Origin: Octopus vulgaris
Taxonomy: Eukaryota
DNA: 64,000 nucleotides
Reading direction: 5' to 3'
Assembly (NCBI GenBank): GCA_951406725.2
Contig: OX597815.1
Span: 155,310,001-155,374,000, forward strand
Of this stretch, positions 28,021 to 41,052 are shown piece by piece (positions within the stretch are counted from its first letter, which is position 1; each line of letters begins with the position of its first letter). Under the pieces are notes generated by a model, which saw nothing but the letters and a program-made list of their open reading frames with translations, was not told the origin of the DNA and ran no database searches. The translations under genes were made by a program, and so were the position numbers.

Positions 28021-28418
28021 GCCCACGCTGCCGCATTTGCCCTTACCTCTCCAACACCACCCTCCTCACCGGCACCCATCATCGACCCTATCACATCACC
28101 GATTCCTTCACCTGCACTTCTACCAATATCATCTATTGCATCTCCCACTCTCTCTGCCATTCTCTGTACATCGGACAAACGGGACGCCGCTTGGCTGACC
28201 GGTTCGCGGAACACCTCCGAGACATCCGCCTCGGCAATGACACCCCGGTCTCACGCCATTTCCGCTCTACCGGTCACTCTTTGCAACACCTGTCCGTGTT
28301 CGGATTGTCCTTGCACAGCGGTCATCCGGACTCCCGTTTGTGCCCTGAACAGGGATTAATCTTTTCTCTTTGCTCCTTTGTGCCACACGGGCTAAACTCT
28401 CCTCTCCTCTTCATCTAA
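28015..28418 (+). pseudogene. Penelope-like element GIY-YIG endonuclease (Neptune-like)
   Basis: RPRCRICPY...FTCTSTNIIYCI...LYIGQTGRRLADRFAEHLRDIR...VSRHF...EQGLIFSL...PHGLN: Cys-rich linker plus GIY-YIG motifs. Confidence 0.9.
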
Positions 28419-29225
28419 CCTCCTCCACTTGCTTCTCTCTCCCTCCCTCCTACTTCCTCCCACCTACCTCTCCTCTCTTGCTCCGACTCCTACTTCTTTT
28501 CATCCCTACTCTCATTCTCTCGTCTCTCTTGCTCTCTTACTCTCTTTCTTTCTTCTCTTATACCCACCCCTTCCCTCCTTCTTCGTCAACCCTCCCCCAT
28601 AAGCTCACCCCACCCCTACACATTCCTACCCCACATTCCCTATCCTTCCCATCCCACCCCCATACCATCCCTTACACCCTCTCCCACATACCCCACTTCT
28701 ACCCCCACCCTCTGCCTACCCACAAACCCCACATCTAGCCCCACCCTCTACCTACCCACATACCCCAACTCTACCCCAATCCTCAGCCTAACGCACACTC
28801 CACCAGTGCTTTCTCCACTCTCGCCTCTCCACCCCCAACAACATCACACCACGCCACACATCACATCACAACACACCACCACCCACACACCAGAACTGAC
28901 CACTTCCCATCCCCACATTTTCACACCTACACATACACACATGTTAAGATCACCAGCCCTATTTCACACGCACCTACGTAATCTCTTACACACATGCGCA
29001 CCTTCGTTTTGGGATCACTACTACTTTGTTATCTCCCCTTCTTCTTAGCTCTCCTTGTGACCCTTCTGTCCGGCATTTGCCATGATAAATCGGTAGCCAC
29101 TACACACATTCTTTTCTTTCCTTGTTTCTTTCTGTGTTCCTTTCTGTAGAAGAGCGTAGGCTCGAAACGTTAAAGACTTTATCAATTTCCGTTTCTATAC
29201 CATCTGCCTTCGTCTGTTGTTTAAT
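28419..29225 (+). mobile_element. 3' UTR / pseudo-LTR of the Neptune-like PLE
   Basis: C/T-rich low-complexity tract downstream of the GIY-YIG stop, ending in a hammerhead-like motif. Confidence 0.65.
29140..29175 (+). ncRNA. Minimal hammerhead-like motif in PLE tail
   Basis: CTTT-CTGTAGA-AGAGC gtag GCTC-GAAA-CG-TT-AAAG. Helix I CTTT/AAAG; core variant CUGUAGA. Confidence 0.65.
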
Positions 29226-29423
29226 TTCGCGAGGACGTGGAACAAGAATAGTGTTATTGGACGCTCATTCTTTTCTATTCTAGGCACAAGGCTCGAAATT
29301 TAGGGGGGAGTGGGCCAGTCGATTAGATTGATCCAGTACACATTATCTATGATTGAGATATATAAGATTAAAATTTATCAAAAATATCTACAATTCCTAT
29401 TATGAATATATATTAGATTATAG

Positions 29424-29527
29424 AGACTACGCGCGTTTCATGACTATATATCTATCAGTATTGCTGAAATACAAGGTCTCAAATTCAATACCATATCAAT
29501 CCGATTATACTACCAATCTTCAGGTCT
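29424..29527 (-). ncRNA. Hammerhead-like motif with long helix II
   Basis: Reverse-complement counterpart of 29552-29657: AGAC-CTGAAGA-...-GAAA-CGCGCG-TA-GTCT. Confidence 0.72.
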
Positions 29528-29551
29528 GGATTAAAATAGTTTTATATAATC

Positions 29552-29657
29552 TAGACCTGAAGATTGGCAGTATAGTCGGATTGATATGGTATTGAATTTG
29601 AGACCTTGTATTTCAGCAATACCGATAGATATATAGTCATGAAACGCGCGTAGTCTA
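29552..29657 (+). ncRNA. Hammerhead-like motif with 77-nt helix II region
   Basis: TAGAC-CTGAAGA-[77 nt including GGTATTG/CAATACC]-GAAA-CGCGCG-TA-GTCTA. Confidence 0.75.
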
Positions 29658-29798
29658 TATAATTTAATACATATTCAGAATAGGAATTGCAGATATTTTG
29701 ATAAATTTTAATCTTATTTTTCTCTATCATAGATAATGTCGTTCAATATTGTTTGGGTTTCTGAAGGTAGTTCTGTCTCTTAAACCTACATATATTAC

Positions 29799-29842
<44 letters not shown>

Positions 29843-29848
29843 GTATGC

Positions 29849-29881
<33 letters not shown>

Positions 29882-29949
29882 CTATATACACATGTGTATA
29901 TGTATATGTATATGTACGTGTATATATATATAGTTCAAATTTATAGAAT

Positions 29950-29994
<45 letters not shown>

Positions 29995-30134
29995 GGCCTG
30001 CTCGCTTAGCCAGCGGGGTGGCGTCATTTGAAGGCTAAAACAAAGGGAAGTGCATTGTGACCAGCGATGTGTAGCAATATCTGATAGCCCGGTCGGTAAC
30101 GGTGATCACGGTGATATATATATATATATAAACA

Positions 30135-30208
<74 letters not shown>

Positions 30209-30582
30209 GTATGTATGTATGTATGTATGTATGTATGAACGTATGTCACAAGATGAAACGGAAGTATAGGAAAACCAACTCATGCTGAAAATGTTGGTTG
30301 AAATATCAAGACAGTGATAAAGCTAAACACGCAGTGTCGGTTTCGCATCCTCCGCAGGAAACAAATGTTGATTCAGTTACTTAACAAATGTGACTCCTCG
30401 CTGAGCAGAGTTCCAAACTTCGCCTTTAAACTCTATGATTTTCCCTTGTAGCTCCGCAGTTATTTGATCATCCGATTCCGGATCGATATTGTCACACGCC
30501 GTTGGTAGTGGAGAGGGGTGAGGGTGTCTTATTGTTGCGGTTCAAAATATACTTCAATGACATTTTCTTCGCTCTTTTTCGA

Positions 30583-30663
<81 letters not shown>

Positions 30664-30668
30664 CTCTC

Positions 30669-30785
30669 GTGTGTGCGTTTATATGAGTGTGTACAGTTTG
30701 GCATCTTTCTGTATGTTTATTTATTGTGCGTAAATGTGTGTTGTGCTTTGTTGTTCCGTCTCTGTATTTCTTTATGTGCTTGTCT

Positions 30786-30826
<41 letters not shown>

Positions 30827-31244
30827 GAACCGAATTCTTGCACGTGTGGAGTTTGAGTGTGAGAGAGATGAGGAAAATCGATTGCGGCGACTACGACGAC
30901 ATCATTGTTGCTGTTGACGACGATGACGACGTCGATGATGATGATGATGGTAATGATGATCATCATCATCATCATCATTACCATCATCATCATCATCGAC
31001 GTCATCATCGTCGTCAACAACAACAATGATGTCGTCGTAGTCGCCGCAATCGATTTTCCTCATCTCTCTCATACTCAAACTCCACACGTGCAAGAATTCG
31101 GTTACACACACACACACACATACACTTAGACAAGCACATAAAGAAATACAGAGACGGAACAACAAAGCACAACACACATTTACGTACAATAAACAAACAT
31201 ACAGAAAGATGCGAAACTGTACACACTCATATAAACGCACACAC
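30669..31244. repeat. ~290-bp-arm palindrome centred on a (GAT)n/(CAT)n junction
   Basis: Unique sequence and microsatellites mirrored around 30960/30961, with about 7 differences plus repeat-length changes. Confidence 0.93.
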
Positions 31245-32071
31245 ACACACACACTTACATTTCCTCACGTAGAAAAAAGCACACACTAATGAAAGCGAAC
31301 ATACCCTTAAAGTCAGACTACCCAGATCACATTACAAACTAGAAAACAATTATACACATCTAAATATCAAAGATGAGATGCTGGTTGCTATTAATAGGAT
31401 TATAATTTTTCACACTTTTAACCTCAACTTCAGAATCGAAGCAGTTTCAAATTCACAGGGAGTCGCTTATTACAATCACAGATAATGTTACCATATTATT
31501 ACCAGTCATTCCTTTTGAAAATAGTTGGCTCCTTAGGGCAGCGAGCTGGCAGAATCGCTAGAGTCTCAGGAAAATTCTTTGCGCTATGTGTTCCAATACA
31601 TCACATTCTGAATTCACATTCCGCCGAAGTCGACTTTGCCTTTCATCCTTTTAGGGACAATAAAATATATACCAATCAAGTACATCAGATTTGTGCTGGA
31701 TGGAGAACCACAGACCAAGACAATTTGCCAATTGCCTGATTTGTATCCAACTTGTATAACCCAATATTCTAAAATATTATACCTAAAATAATTAAATTAA
31801 ACATAACATTAATATAACACACAAAGTAATTATTTATAACATGTAATTAAAAAAATAAGATTATATTAATTATTTTATACTCAAATACTATTTAAATTTA
31901 AATATCATTAAGATCTCTAATTATTTCTATGATATTTAAATAATATTTATATACTACATATACACAAAAAAAGAAATTAGTATATTTATCCTGAGTTACA
32001 ACTAAGTATAAAAATCAAGCACCACAGACCCCAATACTCAATTTATAAAATATATATTATAATATAATTGA

Positions 32072-32530
32072 ATGTGGTCGAGAGTTTTCATAGTGAATAT
32101 AGAATGCTTTCAGACCCTTATTCAATATTTTCCTCCAAATGGTTTCTCTAAGCATTCTGAGTGTCTTGTTCAGCCACGTTCCAGAAAACCAAATAGAATG
32201 ATGTCCTTGTCTCCCAGAACAATTACCGTAACTTTTGTGCCAATCGCTGGCCCTTGAACTTCTTAGGTCATGGAGAAGTATTATGATGCCATTCTATAGA
32301 CACAAGTCTCGTTTCTGGGTCATAAAGACACATCCACGTTTCATCCTTGTCACCAGATTTGAAAGAGAAACATCTTCCAGTTCTGGAAGAGATTCCATTG
32401 GTTTCAAACTCTTCCAGGAGATCAGACATCTCCCTCGTTCAAAACTACCATTAACTGCCAAAATATTCACGTTGCACATACTCTGCTTCCCAGCGACTTA
32501 CACTATCTGGAATTCATTATGACCACATTC
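32072..32530 (-). pseudogene. Mariner transposase fragment
   Basis: Minus-strand manual translation with stops and frameshifts: DETWMCLYDPETR..EWHHNTSP*PKKFK...DIILFGFLERG...HYENSRPH (mariner TGDETW and HDNARPH motifs). Confidence 0.85.
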
Positions 32531-32989
32531 CAGTAGAAATTGTGTGTGTTTATGAGCAAAACACCTAAGATCTACTCGGCTCCGGCAGAAGGTGCTGGCG
32601 AACTTCTGCTGACTCTTTCGCCACAACTTTCTCTCGCCCTTTCTTCTTGCATTTTGCAGCTCACCCGTCCAGGTGAGGAACCTATACGCCAAGGAAACCT
32701 GGAAACCGGCCCCTATGTGCCAGGCGTGGCTCGAGAAGTAACAAACCACAACAATATTATATTGCATTATATCATAATGCGTTGTTTTATTCTATTATAT
32801 TTCATAATCACAAAAGAGTGAAAAGAAATCATGACAATCCTTTTACCTACCAAAATAAGTTTACTAATATAGTGTTTGTGCTTTATATGTGAGCTTGGAT
32901 GTGTGTGTGTCTGTGTGCGTATACATAGAAATACATGAGCATTTCTGCTGCTTTTTGCATTTTCAACGTGGTTGCTAACAGCATCAAAA

Positions 32990-33180
32990 GTGGTGGCGCA
33001 ATGGCGCAGTGGCTAGGGCAGCGGACTCGCGGTCGTAAGAACGCGGTTTCGATTCCCAGACCGGGCATTGTGAGTGTTTATTGAGCAAAAACACCTAAGC
33101 TCCACGAGGCTCCGGTGGTGGGGGGGGGGACACCGCTGTACTCTTTCACCACAACTTTCTCTTACTCTTTCTTCCTCCTT
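32990..33180 (+). mobile_element. tRNA-derived SINE family B (tRNA-Arg-like head)
   Basis: tggcgcagtgg A box, gactcgcggtc with TCG anticodon-like loop, ggtttcgattccc B box. A headless variant lies at 32540-32750. Confidence 0.85.
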
Positions 33181-33889
33181 CTTCCACAAAGCAGAGGAAT
33201 CATGGTATAACCCACTGTGGTGTGGTAAACTTTCAGACTCTAGTCTAGATTGCGAATCCTCTGTACCCCAGGATGGTTCAGCTCTCCACCCGTTAAAAGC
33301 CACCGTTTACGGAATGAGGATAACAACGTAGCTTTCGCGCCCGTGCAACCGCCAGTCTATCACGTGTAGTGGGTGGATCTTCAAGTTGCCGCACGCATTC
33401 TTAGTAGCTTAGAGTAGGCTCGAATTAGAGATTATTCTTTGTGGCTAATAATGGCGTGAGTCCTGATTGGAAGAAGAAGAAGAAGAAGAAAAAACAGACG
33501 ACAACAGCAACAAATGATAAAGCTAGGTGAGGTCATGGAACTGCGCCCAAGTTGGAGTACCGCATCGAATATTTATATCGAACATCGGTTGTTAAGCTGT
33601 GGGTCGGACATCCACAAAAGCAAACACACACACACACACACACATGTATAATATTTTACCTTTTACTTTTTTCAATCATTAGACAGTGGCCACCCTGAGA
33701 CACTATTCTGAAGAATTTATATTCAAATATAGAGCCCAGTATTTGTTTTTTTAAAGTCTAACATTAACATTAATTCTATGGGAACTGCTAAGTTACGGGG
33801 ACGTAAACACACCAGTAGCGGTTGTCAAGCGATGGTGGGGAAGACAAGCATGCACACACACACACATATACAGGATGAGCTTCTCCCAA

Positions 33890-34295
33890 TTTCCTATTTC
33901 TTTACTGCCCACAAGGGGCTTCACATAGAGAGGACTAACAAGGATAGACAAACGGATTAAGCCGATTACATCGACCCCAGTGCGTAACTGGTACTTAATT
34001 TATCGACCCCGAAAGGATGAAAGGCAAAGTTGACCTCGGCGGAATTTGAACTCATAACGTAACGACAGACGAAATACCTATTTCTTTACCACCCACAAGG
34101 GGCTAAACACAGAGGGAACAAACAAGGACAGACAAACGGATTAAGTCGATTACATCGACCCCAGTGCGTAACTGGTACTTATTTAATCGAACCCGAAAGG
34201 ATGAAAGGCAAAGTTGACCTCGGCGGAATTTGAACTCAGAACGTAACGGCAGACGAAATACGGCTACGCACTTCGCCCGGCGTGCTAACGTTTCT
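33890..34295 (-). mobile_element. SINE family A dimer nested inside a SINE family C copy (33655-33890 and 34296-34400)
   Basis: Two tandem units, with SINE C segments on both sides. Confidence 0.85.
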
Positions 34296-34419
34296 GGGGT
34301 TATAGTAGAAGACATTTTCCCCAAGGTGCCGCATAAAGGAACTGAACCCGAAACCACACACTCGCAAAGTGAGCTTCTTAACCAGACAACCATGGCTGCA
34401 CCTAAACATATATTCTTTT

Positions 34420-34705
34420 ATTCCTTTATTCTTTTACTTGTCTTAGTCATTTGACGGCAGCCACGCTGGAGCATTGCCTTGGAGTGTTATAGTCGAACAA
34501 ATTGCCCCAGGACTTATTCTTATTAAGCCTAGCACCTATTCTATCGGTGTCTTTTGCTGAACCGCTATGTTAGGGGCATAAACACGCCAATTTCGGTTGT
34601 CAGGCGACGGCGGGGGGACAAACACAGACACCCCCTCTCTCTCTCTCTATATATATATATATACGACGGACTTCTTTCGGTTGTCGTCAACCAAATTCAC
34701 TCACA
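34420..34705 (-). mobile_element. SINE family C
   Basis: Matches 52090-52390. Confidence 0.8.
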
Positions 34706-35315
34706 CAGTGACGCCAGCGCCAATCTACATTTATAACTTAAGTCACGAAGATTTCACGAGGTTGCGAAAACCTTTTAATAACCTTACCACAACCCACCAT
34801 CACCTCACTCACCACCTTAACGTTCTGCTTCACTTTTTTATTTATCTGTGCATTTAATTGCCGCAAAATGTTTTAGCGCATCGTCTGAAGAAATTAAAAT
34901 ATAGCGTATCACAACAGAGAACTGTAGAGTAATATATATAATTTTGTTCGGCTGCATGTCAGGCTAAGTTTTAGATGTATTATCAAACCTGACATGTTAA
35001 GGTGAATTGTTCGGCAGAATTCAACTATGAATAAATAAAGAAATGATGCTTTTTCCATTCGTTTCTCTATTTATAAAGAATTAAACAAAGGTCTATGCAT
35101 GTGTGAGTTTCTATATTTAATTACCTATCTATCTGTGTATCTATCTATCCATCTATCTATCCATCTATACATACATACATACATACATACATACACACAC
35201 ATATTTCTTCCTGTGTTTCTCTCACACTCTCTATCTCTCCTTTTCTTTTTCATTCTCTTTCTCTCCCTTTCACTCTATATATATATATATATATCTATAT
35301 ATGCGTGTGTGTCTG

Positions 35316-35352
<37 letters not shown>

Positions 35353-35459
35353 ACGTACATATATATACATACACACACACACAGATATATATCTACTCAC
35401 ACATATACACATGCAAATAAACTTATAATTACGCATACACACAAACACACATACATATG

Positions 35460-35496
<37 letters not shown>

Positions 35497-35875
35497 GTAT
35501 ATATACATATATATATGTGTGTGTATGCATTTATATATATGTGTGTATGCATATAAACATATATATAATACACACACACACACACACACACATATACATA
35601 TATATATATATATATATATAGCATCTCTGTATATGACCGTCTGTTTGTGTGTGTGTGTGTGTGTGTATGCATGCGTGTGCGTGTGTGTATGTGTGCGTGT
35701 GTGCGTGCATATACTCAATTAGAACACAGCGAAGAAATTGCGAGGGTTTTTTTTTTTGCTTTTATAATTGGTTTAATTTACATTGATTGATCTTGAACAT
35801 GCGATACCTGCCTATTCTTGTGTGGATGTGCGGGTTCATGTGAAAACACGCTTGTATGACTGTGAACGTTGCAAC

Positions 35876-35973
<98 letters not shown>

Positions 35974-36211
35974 TGTGTGTGTGTGTATCACTGTTAATAT
36001 AGTGCGTTTGAACGTGTGAGCGAAAATGAATTAGTGGTGAGAGGAGGCGGCGGCGGTGATGGTGTCGTCGGTATAAGTATTGTTACACGAAGAGAAAGGT
36101 GACGGCGGGGGGTCGTTCGTTCAAGCTTAATTAATATAACACATTACACAAAATTATCTCTATTTCTATAAGATCGTTCTTGTTCTTTAGACTTGTTTCA
36201 TTAAGGCAGAG

Positions 36212-36257
<46 letters not shown>

Positions 36258-36480
36258 TGAAATGGGGAAAGAAAGGAGAGTAAGTGAGAAGAACAAAAAG
36301 AGCGAGCGAGAAAAAAAAAAAACAGGAGTGAGAAAATGAGAGAGTTCTTGTAATTTTATATATCATTCTCCTGTTTCCAAAGACACTGTTTTGTTTTTCG
36401 TCTAATTTCCGCTAACGATCGAATGCAAAATTACAATAGGCTTGTACCTGCTCTTTTGTCTTGCTTTCTAATTTTCGCAA

Positions 36481-36481
<1 letters not shown>

Positions 36482-36540
<59 letters not shown>

Positions 36541-36581
36541 CAACATCATCATTATCATTCTTCTTCTTCTTCTTCTTCTTC

Positions 36582-36634
<53 letters not shown>

Positions 36635-36660
36635 GTTGCTGTTGTTGTTGTTATTATTAT

Positions 36661-36693
<33 letters not shown>

Positions 36694-36719
36694 TATTATT
36701 ATTATTATTATTATTACTA

Positions 36720-36750
<31 letters not shown>

Positions 36751-36831
36751 TATTATTATCATTATCATCATTATTATTATCATTATCATCATCATCATCC
36801 TTATCATTATTGCTATTATTATTATTATCAC

Positions 36832-36865
<34 letters not shown>

Positions 36866-36887
36866 GTTATTATTATTATTATTATTA

Positions 36888-36942
<55 letters not shown>

Positions 36943-36945
36943 CGT
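36482..36945. repeat. Long compound (ATT)n/(CTT)n/(GTT)n triplet tract
   Basis: Direct reading. Source of the poly-I and poly-L ORFs. Confidence 0.95.
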
Positions 36946-37282
36946 TATTTGCAAAATCGTTTTTTAAGGTGTTTTTCCCTTGTCCCCTACTATATTACTC
37001 TTTCATTTTCATCTCGCCCCCACTTATTTTTAAATATATTTAGCTCTAATTTTCCTAGCTCTAATTTGTCAAATCGTTTATGTAACAGTATATTTAGAAT
37101 ATTCATTGACAAAATGAACTTGTTTTAATTAACTATGTTTTTTGAAGAGTTTTATTTTCATTATCGTTTGTTTGTTTGTTATATGTTTTATATATTTGTG
37201 TGTTTGTACGTGAATATAATGAATTTGTATGAATGTCCCTTTATGACGGTGTAAATAGACACATACACACACCTACACACAC

Positions 37283-37341
<59 letters not shown>

Positions 37342-38389
37342 TATTCCTTAAGGATTGTATATATATATATTCTTCTATATGTATGCATATGTATATGTGT
37401 GTTTATGCATGTATGTACAAGTACGCGTGTGTATGAGCCCTCTATGTTGTGCTTGTGTGAATTCGCTGATTTTCCTCTGCAATATACTTCTGTAGTTTAG
37501 CCTTATATAAAGTATTTCCGTATTATTCTTCAACAAAATATTTTGATTTTAATTAAACGTCAGAGGTGAAAGAAGACTTATGCTCACGAAGTAATAATCC
37601 GTAATCATACTCGACATAATGTTTTTGTTTATTTGTTTCTGCTTCACTATTATATACAATATAATATGTAATCACACTGCAGATTTTCTTTCCCTTTTTA
37701 CTATGATATATATCGTTGGGAACAGCTTCCACAAAGCTTCACAATTCTGTGTCTCTTGGTGTGTTTTCGGTTTGCGAAGAATTAATATTCGAATTCAATC
37801 GCAAACAAACAAAAGATAGTGGAATATCTTTTAAATAAAATAATGGAAAAGAGATCAAGCAACATTTTCAATGAGATGCGACATATGACTCAAAGATAAG
37901 CTAGTATTAAGCTACACGTATGTGTGTGTGTGTTCATGCATGCTTCTAACTGCCTCCTTCAGCCTCTCTCTCTCTCTCTCTCTCTCACTCTCTCACTCTC
38001 TCTCACTCTCTCACTCTCTCTCACTCTCTAACTAGTGGAGTATCGGATAGCATGCATTGCGGTATTCGTTTGTATCCTCTATGCACTGAGTTCAAATTCT
38101 GTCGAAAGCAGTTTTGCCATTCATTCTTTCGATGTTGTGATAACCAATGTAGAGCGGTGAATTTGCGGAATTGCCAGAGTGTCGGAAGAGAGCACTTTCG
38201 GTAAATTATCTGGTAGCTTGAGTTCAAATTCTACATAAAAAAATTCGCCTTTGCATCAATGTCTAGATTATTATGAAGCACTGGCTTAAATCCTCTGTGA
38301 CAAAGGGATTGCGAATTCACAAAGCTAAAGTTCATGGCATGAGCTCCATAGAGCCCTATACGAGTGGATGGGTGTCAGAAAATACTAAA

Positions 38390-38428
<39 letters not shown>

Positions 38429-38883
38429 TACCCGACTTTATTTTTACTTGACAAAACTAATACCGCATCAACTTTTGCCAAAAGCTTGGTGACACTCAAG
38501 TTCAAACCATCCAGAAGATTCAGTAGGCTTTTGGCAAAGATGCCATAGGTAAAACTCAGATCAGGGAGTAGTAGAACTGCCTCAAACATGGTCGTACGCT
38601 ACACGTTTGTACTCTACAATTTGCAGCCAAGAACTTCTGAGGCTTACCGGCACAAAATTTTTCATGCACGCAAAGGGTTTTGTCCACGCGGGATTAGATA
38701 TGATAGGAGGCACTGGGGTCGATGTAATCGACTTAATACCTATGTCTATCCTTGTTTGTCCCCTCTATGTTTAGCCCCTTGTGGGTAGTAAACAAATAGG
38801 AGACAAAGGGGGGGCATACTTCTTGAACGCACCTCATGTGTGTGTGTGTGTGTAAGTTTGTGTGTCTGTGTGTGTGTGTGTGT

Positions 38884-39277
38884 GTATAAGTAAATGTAGG
38901 AATACCAAGTTAGGCAGATCAATATATAAAGTATATTAAATACATGAAATACAAAAGATATATGTGTTTGTGTGGAGGCGCAATGGCCCAGTGGTTAGGG
39001 CAATGGACTCGCGGTCGTAGGATCACGGTTTCGATTCCCAGCACGGGTGTTGTGAATGTTTATTGAGCGAAAACACCTAAAGCTCCACGAGGCTCCAGCA
39101 AGGGGTGGTGGCGATCTCTGCTGTACTCTTTCTCTCAATCTTTCTTCTGTTTGGCCTGCTCGCTTAGCCAGCGGTGTGGCGTCATTTGAAGGCTAAAACA
39201 ATGCAAAGCGTATTGTGACTAGCGATGTGTAGCCAGGTCGGACACGTGATCACATGATATATATATATATATACATA

Positions 39278-39328
<51 letters not shown>

Positions 39329-39533
39329 GTATAAGTATAAAAAATATCCGACTTATGCAGAACAGAAACGATATAGAGAATTAAAGGGGATGAGGAACAC
39401 CCCTTTAATTTTCTATATCATTTCTATTTTGTGTAAGTCGGACCTTTTTTTATACATTTTTTGCAGTTCATGTATTTAATATACTTTATATACTGATCTG
39501 TCTAACTTGCTTGTCCCTACATTTGTTTCTATA
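38884..39533. mobile_element. Foldback element whose left arm is split by a SINE B and (TA)n insertion
   Basis: Outer arms 38884-38962 / 39456-39533; inner arms 39335-39389 / 39400-39455. Confidence 0.75.
38972..39257 (+). mobile_element. SINE family B with tail type 2
   Basis: Head as at 59962. The tail ggcctgctcgcttagccagcgg... also occurs alone at 29993-30113. Confidence 0.88.
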
Positions 39534-39626
39534 TCCGCTCAAGTTTAATTCTCTTGAGCACTACTAAGTGTATTATATACGGAGAATATCTGGATCTCAT
39601 CTACGAACTTTATATATGTGTATGTT

Positions 39627-39677
<51 letters not shown>

Positions 39678-40280
39678 TGGATTGTGTGGTGGACTTCATG
39701 TGTTAAATGGCAGAGGGGTAAGTCCCTCGCTAGACTTTATTTAGATCTACTACGGCTCTATCTGCCGAATAAATTGAACTTGGAATTTCTCTCTGATGAA
39801 ATAACGTACACAACACAACAATGAAACTGAATGATACCGCCAATGGAATCTAGTTAAAACTCGATACAATCTTCATACCGACCTGGCAAAAATGGCAGCA
39901 ATGTTTCCCTCGAATCATACCTTATTGTCTTAAAATAGAATACATTGGATGATAATATGCTACTAGATATAGAGTATTTGATAAAAGAAAATGATGGTGG
40001 CGATTGGATATCCTTTGATAATGGATTTCATGGATCTGGATGTGAACAATAAAACATTCTAAAACTATCCAATAGCTCGATGTGCCACAATGGGGATTCG
40101 AACTCTTAATTCCAAGATCATCAGTGAAAATCAACTAAATCATTTGTTAGTGGGTGTGTGAGCGTTCAGTGCGAGGTTTAAACAGTATAATATTCCTATA
40201 TAGTTTTGAGAGGGTCGGCTTTATCAAGCTGACTTCGCCTATATACATATACACTCACACACGCGCATACACACATACAC

Positions 40281-40311
<31 letters not shown>

Positions 40312-40911
40312 AAGAGAGAGAGAGAGAGAGACACACACACAATTTGAGCAATGCCGCTACCCCACAATGGGCGTGGAACTCACACATGTGTATGTAATCA
40401 GCGCTATTCAATATTTGTCCATATTATCTATTATCGTTTACTTCCTGAAGATGTTGATCTTTATATTTCTCATTAGATTGTTTTTTTTTTGTTTTTGTTT
40501 TTGTTTTTTTCGGGATATTGATAGCCTGAATGTGATATGTGCTTTTCATCTTCTTTAAAAGATAAAGCAGACATTAGACGGACAGACACTAGCAGAATGT
40601 TAAATAACCAGATGTAACTCTTCAGAGGTACTCTGGAACATTTAAGATAATTAAAAGATAATGTGTAATCAATCAAAGATACAAATTGTTGCGCATATCT
40701 TGAACAAGTCAATATTGATTGTATTCACTTCGTAGATTTCAGTCGAGACCTGCATATTTCTCATTGAAAAAATATCAGTGATGTTGCGAACAAAATACAG
40801 ATCTACTTTCTCAGTTGAAGAATAGTTAGTTTGTATCTTATTACATGTAGGAGACAATTAGTTAAATGTAATAAACTATCGTGGGTTTTCAGTTCAAATC
40901 CTCTATAAGTA

Positions 40912-41052
40912 TTAGGTTGTGCCAAAAGTTCGGAAACACTTGCGAAAATTGAATTTTTACTCGCCAAGTACTAACAAAAACAACAAAAATTATTCCTCAA
41001 AATAAGGACCATTATTTTCCAAGACTTTCTACGAACTTTTGGGACAACCTTA
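40912..41052. mobile_element. 141-bp mariner-type MITE with TA TSD
   Basis: TA-TTAGGTTGTGCCAAAAGTTCG ... CGAACTTTTTGGGACAACCTTA-TA. Confidence 0.85.

Larger units (their letters stand above)
29340..29739. mobile_element. Foldback element (arms 29340-29533 / 29547-29739, 13-nt loop)
   Basis: Near-perfect reverse-complement arms, each with a complete hammerhead-like motif. Abuts a truncated SINE A at 29266-29339. Confidence 0.9.

Noticed and set aside
39934-40052. Short protein-like frame after an AG (NTLDDNMLLDIEYLIKENDGGDW...)
   Set aside because: Too short, with no homology or second line of evidence.
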